From Octopus sinensis (taxonomy: Eukaryota): 64,000 nucleotides of DNA. The notes under the pieces are model-generated. The model worked only from the letters and a program-made list of their open reading frames with translations. It searched no databases and was not told the origin of the DNA. The stretch is taken from assembly GCF_006345805.1 (NCBI RefSeq), contig NC_043007.1:76012001-76076000 (forward strand), given 5' to 3'. Numbering within the stretch: the stretch's first letter is position 1; every line of letters starts with the position of its first letter. The translations under genes were made by a program, and so were the position numbers. Of this stretch, positions 1 through 12,227 are shown in pieces.

Positions 1-7
1 ACTTTAC

Positions 8-92
8 CTTTCACATATTTAACATCTGCTGCAGGAGGTATTCTAAGATTTTTGACTGAGCATACGATAGTTAATTCACTAAAGCATATGTT
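8..92 (-). CDS. Possible isolated host-gene exon (85 nt, NICFSELTIVCSVKNLRIPPAADVKYVK)
   Basis: On the minus strand a pyrimidine tract ending tcatttaAG precedes one open frame that ends at AAG|GTAAAGT. No homology recognised and no partner exon found. Confidence 0.22.
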
Positions 93-137
93 CTTAAATG
101 ATAGGGAGAAATGAAAAAACGAAGTATCAAAATTCTG

Positions 138-790
138 TCTATACACACAAACAAATGTAGAATGACACACAGGCCATATACATACATGCACACTTCACGC
201 AAGGACACATATGGAGACACACATCCATACATAAGAGATGCACATACATTGTCACACAAACCCATATACAGACACACTTAAACAAGCACACACAAGGAAA
301 CAGAGGTACACATACACACACAGACACACACACGCACATACAAACACACACAACATAAACACACAAGTACATTGATATGCAGAATACATACATACAAATG
401 TGCACTCAAGCATACACACACATACATACACACATACATGCATACATAGATACATATGTATATATGCACCTACACTGACGCACATGCTTGCATACAGAAA
501 AACAGAAACACAATTCCAATAATGGACAAAGGCTGCATGATGAAAATTTTATTTGAAAATAAATAAATGAGTGGAAATTGGACTGGTGAGGTGTTGAATT
601 AATATGGCAATAAAAGAGAATGACTCTCCCTAGACACAATTATAAATATATATACATACATACACACACACACACATATATATATATATTAGAAGAAACG
701 AGGTACTCATATATATATATATATTTATATATATATTTATGATATATGTATGTAATATATATATATACATATATTATATATTATTCATTC
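138..790. repeat. Imperfect (CA)n/(TACA)n and (TA)n microsatellite tracts with a short unique spacer
   Basis: Seen directly; source of the spurious C/V/Y-rich ORFs. Confidence 0.9.
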
Positions 791-807
791 ATTTTTTTTC
801 ATTTATT

Positions 808-1206
808 CATTTACTTGATTCAGTAATTTGACTGTCGCCATGCTGGAGAACCACCTTTAGTCGAGCAAATCGATTCCAGGACTTATTCCCTGCAAGCCTA
901 GTACTTATTCTATCAGTCTCTTTTGCCGAACCGCTAAGTTACGGGGACGCAAACACACCAGCATCGGTTGTCAAGCGATGTTGGGGGAGGGGGGAAAACA
1001 CAACACACAAACAAACACATATATATATATATATACATATATACGATGGGCTTCTTTCAGTTTCTATCTACCAAATCCACTGACAAGGCTTTGGTCGGCC
1101 CAAGGCTATAGCAGAAGACACTTGCCCAAGGTGCCACGCAGTGGGACTAAACCCGGAACCATGTGGTCCGTAAGCAAACTACTTACCACACAGCCACTCC
1201 TACGCC
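808..1206 (-). mobile_element. tRNA-derived SINE, family A (octopus-type), near full length
   Basis: Reverse complement of the element at 60138-60530: head ggagtggctgtgtggtaag...ggttcagtccc (A/B box-like), internal TA/TG repeat, tail gactgaaacaagtaaaagag. Confidence 0.85.
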
Positions 1207-1228
1207 TTTATATAAATTTATATAAATT

Positions 1229-1262
<34 letters not shown>

Positions 1263-1311
1263 CTCATATATATCATATATATACTCATCATATATATATA
1301 TATATATAAAA

Positions 1312-1535
1312 TCATCATTATCATCATCATTGTTTAACATCCGTTTTCCATGCTAGCATGGGTTGGATGAATTGACTGGGGTCTGGGAAGCCAGGAGGCT
1401 GCACCAGGCTCCAGTCTGATCTGGCAGTGTCTCTATTGCTGGATCCCCTTCCTAACACCAACCACTCCGGAAGGGAATCCAGCTGTAGAAACACTGCCAG
1501 GTCAGACTGGAGACTGGTGCAGCCCCTGGCTTCCC
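1312..1535 (-). mobile_element. RTE 3'-UTR fragment with (GAT)n tail, folded back on itself
   Basis: Matches the 3' end of the RTE at 58370-58528; ~1386-1451 is repeated inverted at ~1470-1534. Confidence 0.75.
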
Positions 1536-1693
1536 AATATATGTATATATTGTATATAATGTATATAAATATACAATATATATATATCCTGTATATATAT
1601 TATATATTGTATATTAATATATTTATATATATATAATATATAGATATATATAACTATATATAATATCCTGTATATATATTATATATGTGTATA

Positions 1694-1761
<68 letters not shown>

Positions 1762-1770
1762 CATATATGT

Positions 1771-2063
1771 GGAGGCGCAATGGCCTAGTGGTTAGGGCAG
1801 CGGACTCACGGTCGTAGGATCGTGATTTCGATTCCCAGACCGAGCGTTGTGAGTGTTTATTGAGCGAAATCACCTAAAAGCTCTACGAGGCTCCGGCAGG
1901 GGGTGGTGATCCCTGCTGTACTCTTTCACCACTCTTTCTCGCACTCGTTCTTCTCGCTTAGCGGGGTGGTGTCATTCGAAGGCTAAAACAATGCGAACGC
2001 ATTGTGACCAGCGATGTGTAACTACATCTGATGGACTGGTCGGTCACGTGATGGTGATGGTGA
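1771..2063 (+). mobile_element. tRNA-derived SINE, family B
   Basis: tRNA-like head ggaggcgcaatggcctagtggttagggcagcggactc...ttcgattccc and (GTGATG)n-like tail; related minus-strand copy at ~48270-48550. Confidence 0.8.
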
Positions 2064-2104
2064 TATTATACATATACATAAATTGTATATATATTATACA
2101 TGTA

Positions 2105-2345
2105 TCTCTTTTACTTATTTCAGTCATTTGACTGTGGCTATGCTGGAGAACCACCTTTAGTCGAGCAAATTGATTCCAGAGCTTATTCTTTGTAAGCCTA
2201 GTACTTATTCTATCAGTAACTTTTGCCTAACCGCTAAGTCACAGGGATGTAAAGATACCAACATCGGTTGTAAAGTGATGGTGGGGTGAGAATCACACAC
2301 ACAAACATATACACACATACATATATATATACATACATACATATA
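2105..2345 (-). mobile_element. SINE family A, 3' half
   Basis: Same tail and body sequence as 808-1206. Confidence 0.8.
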
Positions 2346-2351
2346 TGTATA

Positions 2352-3422
2352 TGTAAGCTATGGACATATAAGAGGTGCAGCAATGTCAAAGGAAGGCTAA
2401 CTAGGAAAATAGTTTTTGTCTGTGGCAGATGCTCAGGAGCAATAAACACTGAAAATGTGCAGAGACCAACTTCTACCACGTTCCAGGGAGAAAAACTAGA
2501 AATAGTTGATAGCTTCCGCTACCTAGGTGACCAAGTCAGTAGCGGGGGTGGGTGTGCTGAAAGTGTAACTGCTAGAGTAAGAATAGCCTGGGCAAAGTTT
2601 AGAGAGCTCTTACCCCTGCTGGTGACAAAAGGCCTCTCGCTCAGAGTAAAAGGCAGACTGTATGATGCATGTGTACGTACAGCCATGCTACATGGTAGTG
2701 AAACATGGGCTGTGACTGCTGAGGATATGCGTAAGCTCGCAAGAAATGAAGCCAGTATGCTCCGATGGATGTGTAATGTCAGTGTTCATAATCGATAGAG
2801 TGTAAGTACCTTGAGAGAAAAGCTGGACCTAAGAAGCATCAGCTGTGGTGTGCAAGAGAGACGTTTGCCCTGGTATGGTCATGTGACGAGAATGGCTGAA
2901 GATAGTTGTGTGCAAAAGTGCCACACCCTAGCAGTTGAGGGAACCTGTGGAAGAGGTAGACCCAGGAAAACCTGGGACGAGGTGGTGAAGCACGACCTTC
3001 GAACCTTAGGTCTCACCGAGGAAATTACTAGAGACCGAGACCTATGGAAGTATGCTGTGCGTGAGAAGACCCGGCAAGACTAGTGAGACCATAACCCGTG
3101 GCCTCTACCTGGTATGTAGCCAGTCGACTTATGCATACCTTTCCTTCTTGGGACACAAAACTCCACTTGTGAAGACCCGTTGAGGCAAGTGAAAATCAAA
3201 AAATCAAAATCAAACCAAATCAAATCAGATATCAGAAAGCAGAACCAAAATCGAAGTCGATCAACATCAATAGAAATTGCAGCTGTGATACCAGTGCCGG
3301 TGACAAGTAATCGAACCATCCGATCGTGGCCGTTGCCAGCGCCGGCCTGACTGGCCTCTGTGCTGGTGGCACGTAAAAAGCACCATCCGTTCGTGTTGCC
3401 AGCCTCGCCTGGTCCCCGTGCC
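2352..3422 (+). mobile_element. 5'-truncated RTE-clade LINE (RT C-terminus, in-frame stop at ~2796, plus 3' UTR)
   Basis: ORFs 2286-2798 and 2811-3083: RIAWAKFRELLPLL, LYDACVRTAMLHGSETW, RRLPWYGHV, GRGRPRKTW. 3' UTR carries ggtggcacgtaaaaagcacc units. Confidence 0.9.
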
Positions 3423-3426
3423 ATAT

Positions 3427-3640
3427 ATATATGAAAGAAGGTTTGAAAATGCAATTTTAAAAGATGTTTATTTACTTTACCGGTTTCACTCTTTGGAAAA
3501 AGAATGTCAAAAGTAACATGTAGAAGTTTGGTTGCGTAAATTATTGGTTGTTACAAAATGCTCTTTTTTTCCAAAGAGTGAAACTGGTAAAGTAAATAAA
3601 CATCTTTTAAAATTGCATTTTCAAGTCTTCTTTCGTATAT
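3427..3640. mobile_element. MITE/foldback element, ~75-bp terminal inverted repeats, TA-flanked
   Basis: 3427-3501 is the near-perfect reverse complement of 3566-3640. Confidence 0.8.
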
Positions 3641-3687
3641 AATTCCACTCGTGCGGTACCACTTTGTTATATACATATATTCTTGTT

Positions 3688-4033
3688 GAGACCTCCTTCG
3701 GTCATGACTGACCGTGGAATTGCACCTAGAAAGTTACCCTCCCAAGCACAAGTCTGAGGCACAAGTCTGGGCAAGGTTGTTTATGGAAGACCATCAGTCG
3801 CCTATGCATACTGGCCTTCCCTCTCCACGCCACCAGTGTTATCCAAGGGAAAGGCAAAGGGGCCGATACAGCTTGGCACCTGTGACGTCGCAACTCATTT
3901 CTACAGCTGAGTGAACTGGAGCAACGTGAAATAAATTGTCTTGCTCAAGAACACAACACGCAGCCCAGTCCGGGATTCGAACTCACAACCTCACGATCGT
4001 AAACTCGACTCTCTAACCACTGAGCCATGCGTC
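3688..4033 (-). mobile_element. tRNA-derived SINE, family C
   Basis: Minus strand begins gacgcatggctcagtggttagagagtcg...gagttcgaatcccgg (A and B boxes), then tgttcttgagcaagac...cagctgtagaaatgag, a CORE-like central domain. Confidence 0.8.
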
Positions 4034-4069
4034 TTCACATATATATATATTATATACATATATATATAT

Positions 4070-4100
<31 letters not shown>

Positions 4101-4329
4101 TCCCTGTATCTCTCTCTCTCACTCTTCCTCCTTGACTCTCTCTTTGTTCACACATGACCAACAGCTATCCATTTTTCTTTCTTCCACTTCCTTCCTAAAA
4201 ACGATGTGCTTTTACCTGTTTCTTCTCAAAGCTCGTTTTTCCAGCATTCACCACTTCACACTGTCTTGACTTAACAGCCCTCACCGTTTGTTTTTACTAC
4301 TTTGTTCTCACTGTCCTGTTTTTGTTACC

Positions 4330-4660
4330 ACTTTCACCCTCCGCAAAAAATCCCAAATTTTATTTAATTGTTTTGCAAGAAGGACATTTTTAACGAAGCT
4401 GCGTCATGTCCCTACCTTTGAAACGCGGAGTAGATAAATCAATGGACAACTGATGAAGGGAATGTTATGATGATTGTCCCGTTTCAATACTTATTTGTTT
4501 CGTTGTTCAAAAAAATGTTCATTTTCTATGTTTTTTTATGTTCTCTTTCTCTTTTTGTTCGTGTTTCTTTGATGTCCTGTACCCATATATGCATGTATGT
4601 ATACATATGTATGTAGGTATGTACATATATGTATGTATGCATATACTTATTATGTAATAT
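4330..4660 (+). repeat. Unclassified dispersed repeat, related to 39690-39995 (minus)
   Basis: Shared aaattttatttaatt...gcaagaaggac...taccttygaaac and catatatgcatgtat...gtaggtatgtacatatat blocks. Confidence 0.55.
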
Positions 4661-4954
4661 TTATATATATATGTAAATATATATATATATATATATTATT
4701 ACATCTATATCTATCTATCATTCTATCTATCTATCTATCTTCTATCTATCTATATATATATATAAGAATGAGTCCTGAGGTCAATTTTTTTTTATTAAAG
4801 GTGGTGCTCCAGTATGGCTGCAATGAAATGACTGAAAGAAATAATGCATATATATAAACATATATATATAAATATACATATAAATATATATATACATATA
4901 TATAAATATATATATACACATATATATAATATATATACATAATATTTATATATA

Positions 4955-5621
4955 TGCAATCAAGCACTCGTGGAAACTCACCTCAGCCCTGATATAGAGG
5001 ACGCAGAAGTACACATACCAAACTATGCCATACTGCGAACAGACAGAAGGGAAACGAGCCATGGTGGAGTTGCTGTATACATTCGAGATGACCTCACATC
5101 CCAGGTCTTAATGACATACTCAAATTCGGTATGTGACACTTTAATTGTATACATAAGACAACATAATATAGTCATATGCAATACATATTCCCCACCGGAT
5201 GCCCCAAACCACATAGGCAAGTTTGAAGATTGCCTCACATGAATTAAAGAAATACTCATGAATCTGGAACACCAGGTGACCATATTTCTTATGGGTGATT
5301 TCAACTTCCCCAACGTCAAATGGCCCGAAGGTCACATACTCTCAGGAATGAATCATTGCAAGCAAGTACAGGTGGAGTCCCTGCTCAACCTCACCAATGC
5401 CTTATTCATGGAGCAAGTTGTACTCAAACCAACTAGGGTGAATAACATTCTGGGTCTCTGCTTCACGAACAATATGGACATCATTCATAATGTGAAAGTG
5501 ACACCGACATTAGTTTCAGATCACAACATAATAGAGCTGTCTATGTTTGGGCCAAAAGTAACCAGAGACATACAGCCTAAAGAAAGCACCCGAAATCTCT
5601 CCAATCTGAACTTCCACAAAG
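4955..5621 (+). pseudogene. CR1-group LINE AP-endonuclease domain relic, 3'-truncated
   Basis: VETHL, NYAILRTDR..SHGGVAVYIRDD, YSPP, GDFNFPNVKW, PTRVNNILGLCFTN (ORFs 4970-5242 and 5258-5632). Confidence 0.85.
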
Positions 5622-5755
5622 CGTTCACATGAACAATATATACATACGCACACACATACGCCCATGCATATGAACTCACACTTACCTTCCACACGCACAA
5701 CATGCACTCATACATACATGTACACCATTACACATACACACGCACATACACGCAG

Positions 5756-7833
5756 TTAGGGGGTTAGTGAGGAGAAGGAGAAAGGGCGGTGGTGCGATCG
5801 ATTCGAAGAGCGCGGGCAAGGGCGTTTTGGACAAGGGTTGAGGGGTATCCTCGATGCCTGAACAGGCGGGCCAGGTAGTCGGACTGGGTCTCAAAACCTG
5901 GTCACGGCTGCACAAGCGTCAGAGGCGGAGGAACTGGGAGTAGGGGACGGTCCGTTTGGTGTGGAAGGGGTGGGAAGAGAAGTTGAGGTAGAGGTGGTAA
6001 TCGGTGGGTTTGAAGAAGGCGGAGGTGGTGAGAGAATGGGAGGGGTTGTTAATGGTAAGAGAGATATCAAGGAAGTTAACCGAGGTGTTAGAGATAGTAG
6101 AAGTGAATTAGAGAAAAGGGTGGGAGTTAGAGAGGAAAGAGATAAAGTGGCAGAGTTGTTCACGAGAGAGGAAGGTGGCACCTATACAGTCGTCTATGTA
6201 GCAACCGTATAACTCTGGGGTCGGCCCGGAGAATTGGGAGAATGCTTGGGCCTCAATGTGGCCAACAAAGAGGCTGGCGAAATTGGGGCCCATTCTCGTC
6301 CCCATCGCGACCCCAGACAACTATTGGTAGGTTTCCCCGGCGAACGTAAAGCAGTTGAGGGTGAGGATGAGCTCTGCCAGGCGGAGAAGGGTGGGGTGCT
6401 GGGTGTGGAGTCAGGGCGACGTTCGAGGAAGTATTGAAGGGCTAAGAGACCGTCGTTGTGGGGAATCACCGTGTATAGGAAGTTGATGTCCAAGGTGAAG
6501 AGGATGTGTGAGTGGCCGGGAGGGAAGGAAAAGGAATTGAGGAGGCGAAGGGCGTGATTAGTGTCGTATATGTGAGATGGGAGGGCAGCAACTAAAGGGG
6601 ATAGGATGCGGTCAAGGTATTTGGAAATGAGTTCGGTGGGACCACTTCAAGCAGAAACGATAGGGCGACCACGGTTATTGGGTTTATGTATTTTGGGAAG
6701 GAAATAGATGGCAGAGTTCCGGGGTGTTCGGATGATGAGGTTGGTGGCGGTGGGGGAGAGCAGAAGAGGAGATGATGTCATGGATGGTGGAGGACACTCG
6801 CTGTTGGTAGGAGGAGGTGGGGTTGGAGGGAAGGAGGCGATAGAAGACGGGATTTTGAAGTTGGCTGAGCGCTTCCTCTCTGTGTAGGTCCGCGCGCCAC
6901 AACACCACTGCTCCACCTTTGTCTGCCGATTTGATGACAATGTCGTTGCGGCGACGGCGGTTGCGAAGGGCAATCGATTCTGCACGGGTGAGGTTGGCTC
7001 GGAGGGATCTTTTTTGAAATGGAATCGGTTGACTAACGCATTGCAGTCGTGCACGAACAGATCTAGGCTACTGAATTGGCCTGCAGGCGGTGCCCAGTTG
7101 GATGGACGGCGCCCCAGCTCCGAAAAGCAATCCCGATTGTCGTGACGTTGTGTAGACGTGTGGAAAAATGCGCATAGTTTGATGCGGCGCAGGAACTGGC
7201 TGACATCGGTGCGGGTCTCAAATTCGTCGCAGTGGGGCGTGAGAGGCGAGAAGCGGAGTCCTCTACTGAGGAGTGAGTGTTCGGTAGCGGAGAGGGAGAG
7301 GTTGGGTGGTATAGTGACAACAGTGTGAGGGAGCAGAGTGGTGGGATGAGCAGGGTCAGGAAGAGTGGTGCAGAAGTGTGGGGAGGAGGGTTGGGATGGT
7401 TGGGTGAAGATGGGGTAGGGGTGGAAAAGTCAGGGTAGGGTGTGTATGGGTCTGTAGAGGGTGCAGGGGGGATGCGGGATTGGGAGTGGTCGGGTGAGCT
7501 GAATGGGAGGGTGTAGGGGGTGTGGGAGGGGGAGGAGGTGAAGGTTTGAGAGGTGGAGTTTTTTGTTTTTGTGTGTGTGAGAAAATTGTGGAGTTGGTGG
7601 TTGAGATTAAGAATGAAGCAGAGAATGGGTTGGGTGAAGGGTGGAGGGCAGAGCGAGGAGAGGAGGAGGTAAACCTGGGGAAGTTGGTGGTCAAGGGAGT
7701 GAAGGAAGGCGCGGTGGAATGGATGGTGGTACGGATGAGGAGGTGGGAGGGTGGGCTCGATGAGGGAGATGAATAGGGGGTGGCGTGGAACTTCAAGAGG
7801 AAGCCATGGGGTGTGACGTGATGGCGTAGGCAT
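5756..7833 (-). mobile_element. Penelope-like element (Neptune-type) ORF, frameshifted, lacking the GIY-YIG end
   Basis: IYFLPKIHKPNNRGRPIVSA, LYTVIPHNDGL, GVAMGTRMGPNFA, YGCYIDDC, AIPYSQFLRL; paralogous to 50446-52290 and retains the N-terminal region that copy lacks. Confidence 0.9.
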
Positions 7834-7859
7834 ATATATATATATATATATATATATAG

Positions 7860-8799
7860 TAAATAAAAAAAAAGGAAGAAACAAAAAAAATAACAACGAG
7901 AGGACGTGGTACATGTAAATATTAGCAGACGCTCAGTGAAGGAAAGAAAGATTGTTTAATGTTTCGAGCAGATGCTCTTCTTCGGAAACAGAGTAAAGTC
8001 GAATAGAAGGGAAGAGAGAGGAAGAAAACTGCTAACGATTCACATCAGGTTACATTTTGAAATGACCGGAAAGGAATAGGTGAAGAAAAAGTTCTTTCTA
8101 AGACAGGAGAGTGTGTTTGTGTGCGTATGTGCGTACGCGCATGTGTGTGTGTGTAATAGCACGTGAGTGTGCGTATGTTTGTGTATGTGTGGTGTGTTTG
8201 TAGTTTTGGCTGTTTATATGTGTATGTGTGAATGAACTCTGTGTCGCTTAATGTTGTAGGAAGAATTCAGTAGCAGGAATGCTAGTCTTTTGTGCAGTTG
8301 TGTCTCTTCAGGTGTGCGTTGAGGAATGGTCAGTACAAAGGCAGTTTGAAGTACGTGTGTGCGTGTATCTATATGTTGTGTGTGTATGTTTTGTTTGTAG
8401 TGTGCGCATGCATCATTGCGTGTTCATGTATGTGTGTGTGTGTGTGTGTGCGTGGGGTTGTATGTTGAGTATATGTGCGTTCCTTTGTGTGTGTGTGTGT
8501 GTGCATTCGTGTGCATGCGTGTATGTGCGTGTGTATATGCCCATGTATGTGTAATGGTGTACATGTATGTATGAGTGCATGTTGTGCGTGTGGAAGGTAA
8601 GTGTGAGTTCATATGCATGGGCGTATGTGTGTGCGTATGTATATGTTGTGCATGTGAACGAGGGGTTGTGCGTGGAGGTATATGTGTGTTTTTTAGCAGT
8701 TGTGCGTGAGTGTGTATATGTGTGTATGTGCATGTGTGTATATGTGTGTGGCGTAGGGTGTGTGTGTTAGGTATATGTTGCCTATACATACATACATGC

Positions 8800-8841
<42 letters not shown>

Positions 8842-8950
8842 ATACATGCATATATATGTGTATATACATACATACATACACATATGCAAATATATGTGTG
8901 TATTTTGTTATATATATATTGAATACATAAATAAAATACACACCACAACA
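7860..8950 (-). repeat. Upstream pseudo-LTR and CA-rich 3' tail of the Penelope-like family (partial tandem arrangement)
   Basis: Read on the minus strand: CA-rich tract, pyrimidine tract, hammerhead-like motif, ctgagcgtct..taata, then (TA)n - same order as 52300-55200. Confidence 0.65.
7953..7990 (-). ncRNA. Minimal hammerhead-ribozyme-like motif (degenerate)
   Basis: TGTTT-CCGAAGA-A-GAGC(atct)GCTC-GAAAC-ATT-AAACA: stem I TGTTT/AAACA and stem II GAGC/GCTC intact; core differs from CUGANGA at one position. Confidence 0.6.
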
Positions 8951-10046
8951 CACATATATATATATATAATATTGAGTTAGAAAACTGAGAGATCTAATAT
9001 ATTACAGATTAATTAATTAATAATTGGATCTTTTCAATTCTGAAGCCAGGACCACGATCTTTCTCTTAACTAAATATTCTGAAACTTCGTATGCTGATAG
9101 AGTCTAGCAAAACAAGACACAGCTTGGAACTAGTTTATTTGAGAAAAATCTTTTATGACTGTTTAATCGTAGATTAAAACTGCGAATTTTAACCAATCAG
9201 ATTGTTTTGTTTCATGTGTAAAACTTGACTGCATTCTATTAGTGTGACGTAGAAAGCGGTTTTGTGACGTACTAACGTTCGGAAAACTGTAAACAAACAC
9301 AGAACGTAACGGCAGACGAAATACGGCTACGCATTTCGCCCGGCGTGCTAACGTTCTGCCAGCTCTTTGCTTTTTTAATATTAAATTCTTGCTTTTGCAC
9401 AAATAATACAATAAGTGAAATGAAACGCATTAGCTTAGAAACGAAATCTTGTTAGAAGCCTCGTCACTGAGATGCCACTTCTTAATAGCAAACGAAAGCA
9501 AGTACTAACAGAATGGAAACATTTTCATTTAATACATGTGGCTTATTAACTAGTTTTAATATTGTATTAGAAGGTGGCTGACTATAGGATCCTGGAAACA
9601 TGAGTACGTTAAATAATTAGAAGGAGATTTCACGGAGACATGCGGCTTGTTTACATTAAGATGTTAATACGTCACCAATTGGTGGTCGAGACGGAGTAAA
9701 TAAAATAAAGCCGAATGACGGAATATCATTGGTAAAAATTCTAATTATTAAACAACGTTAAACTTAGAAGTTACAATTCCGTTTTCATTTGGTTACAATT
9801 AAGTTACTTTTGACACATTCTACCAGTATACGAAGTTTCAAATTGTTTGGGTCAGTAGGGAAAAATTTGAAAAAAACTGGCTTCAGAATGAAAAAGATCC
9901 AATTAATTTAATTAATAATTTTTAATTTTGTGTTGTGAAATGAAAACAATTGTTGGGAATATGTTGATAATTAATAAATTAATATATATACATACGCCAA
10001 AACACATATATATTAGATCTATCTACATGGGTGTTGTGTGTGTGTG

Positions 10047-10077
<31 letters not shown>

Positions 10078-10650
10078 ATACGTGTGTATGTGTTTCGTGT
10101 GCGTGTTGTATGTATAATTTTCATTATGCATTGTCTCATATAAAAGTTCTAAAGATTGGTTTTTAAAGACAAAAAAATGTAAGTAAAAAATTTTAAATGC
10201 AGATCAATTGCGAGCAATGCTGGTTTCAAATTTTGGCACAAAGCCAGCAATTCATGAGGTGACAGTAAATTGATTACATTCAACCCAGTGCTCAACTGGT
10301 ACTTATTTATTGACTCTGAAAAAGATGAAAAGCAATGTCATCTTCAGCAGAATTGAATCAGGACATAAAGACAGATGAAATGCCATTAAGCATTTTATCT
10401 GTGGTGAACTAATAATCTGCCAGCTGGTTTTAACTTAATGGTTAGTATATTATATTTGGTAATATAAGAACGTTTCCTGAAAAGGGGTTTCGAACTCTGA
10501 AATATCAAAATACCAGCTAATAGTACTAAATTTTAACAGGTATTTTTAATTTAATAACTTGTATTTTTGGTTTTTAAAAAATAAATATTTAATACATTTA
10601 TGCATACATACCATCTGTCTATTATCTATCTATCTATCTATTATCATATT

Positions 10651-10690
<40 letters not shown>

Positions 10691-11235
10691 TATTATATAT
10701 ATATATTATATGTAGAAAAATACAAACTGGGACAAGAAAGATTTAAAAACATTTAGAAGACGATACAAAAAACACGGACGGGCATATCGAAGCCTTCAAT
10801 CTTCAGTCAAAGAAACGGATCATCCTCGCAAATTTCGCTGATGATTAATATATATATATGTACATATATATACTTATATATAAATATAAATATATATACA
10901 TATATATGTAAATATATATATAGTATATAATATATATTATATATATATAATATCATATATGGTGTGGGTGTGTGTGTATACACATATATATATATATATA
11001 TTATAATATTAGATATATATTATATACATATATATCTATATACATATATATATATACATATATACATACACAAAACATTTTCTAGATATTCAACTTGCTA
11101 GAGAAGCCATAGGCCAATGGTTTTACACACACACACACACTCATAATTATATATAACACACACACACCCACGCCAACCACATCAACACCACACACCACAC
11201 CACATATAGTATATATATATAGATAGATATATATA

Positions 11236-11269
<34 letters not shown>

Positions 11270-11290
11270 ATATATATATATATTATATAT
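8920..11290 (+). repeat. Segment X, duplicated at ~15178-17530
   Basis: Colinear near-identity from tgaatacataaataaaa through the MITE, SINE relic and TA/CA tracts. Confidence 0.95.
9008..9916. mobile_element. Non-autonomous DNA transposon/MITE (~0.9 kb, ~40-bp TIRs); copy at 15288-16206
   Basis: attaattaataattggatcttttcaattctgaagccag versus ctggcttcagaat(t)gaaaagatccaattaatttaattaat; agatctaatatat/atatattagatct further out may extend the TIR. Confidence 0.7.
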
Positions 11291-11294
11291 ATAC

Positions 11295-12196
11295 ATATCT
11301 TTTGCTTAAAAAAATAGTGTTATAAGAAGTATTGAAAACTCACAAATATTTTGATAACTTTCACAAACTTCAGACGTGGCTGTATAGGACGGTGAATCAA
11401 ATCAATGGACTGACCTACTAGAAAGAAGACGTTTTACCAGTTGATCTCAATAAAAATGTTGTTTGTCACTCTTCACCGTTTTATTTATACTAAAAACTGG
11501 GAAACAATCCTAGTTCTCAGTCTTTGTGATGCACTAACAATTAACTAAATCAGTTACTGTTGAATTTTGGATCCAAAGAGTTTTAGAGTTTAAAAATTTA
11601 GATATTAAATATTAAATTATAAAAAGTGTTTACTTTGTATATTAATTAGAATTGTTCATGAAAATCAAGTTATGAAACTGCAGGTAAAGTGTGAACAAAC
11701 AAATTATAACAACAATAGTTTAATTAATAAAAAAAAATTCTTTTCACTATAAAACAGTAGGCATAGGAGTGGCGTTGTGTTGTGGTAAGTAGTGTTTGCT
11801 TACAAATGGCGGCAGCTGGGGCAGAAAGAGAGAACGTTAGGCGCGCCGGGCGAAATGCTTTACGGTATTTCGTCTGCGTTACGTTGTGAGTTCAAATTCC
11901 GCCGAGGTTCGACTTGCCTTTCATCCTTTCGGGGGTCGATAAATAAGTCACAGTTACGCACTGGGGTCGATATAATCGAATTAATACCTATGTCTGTCTG
12001 TTTGTCCCCTCTGGTTTAGCCCCCTGTGTGGGGGTAATAAAGAAATAGGTAAGTAGTTTGCTTACAAACCACATAGTTCTGGATTCAGTCCCACTGCGTG
12101 GCACCTTGGGTAAGTGTCTTCTACTATAGCCTCAGGCCGCCCACAGCTTGTGAGTGGATTTGCTAGACGGAAACTGAAAGAAGCCTATCGTATATA

Positions 12197-12227
<31 letters not shown>

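Noticed and set aside
1771-1850. tRNA gene calls for SINE heads (also ~3960-4033, 48470-48550, 60138-60210)
   Set aside because: They run straight into SINE bodies, lack a clean cloverleaf, and recur as dispersed repeats.
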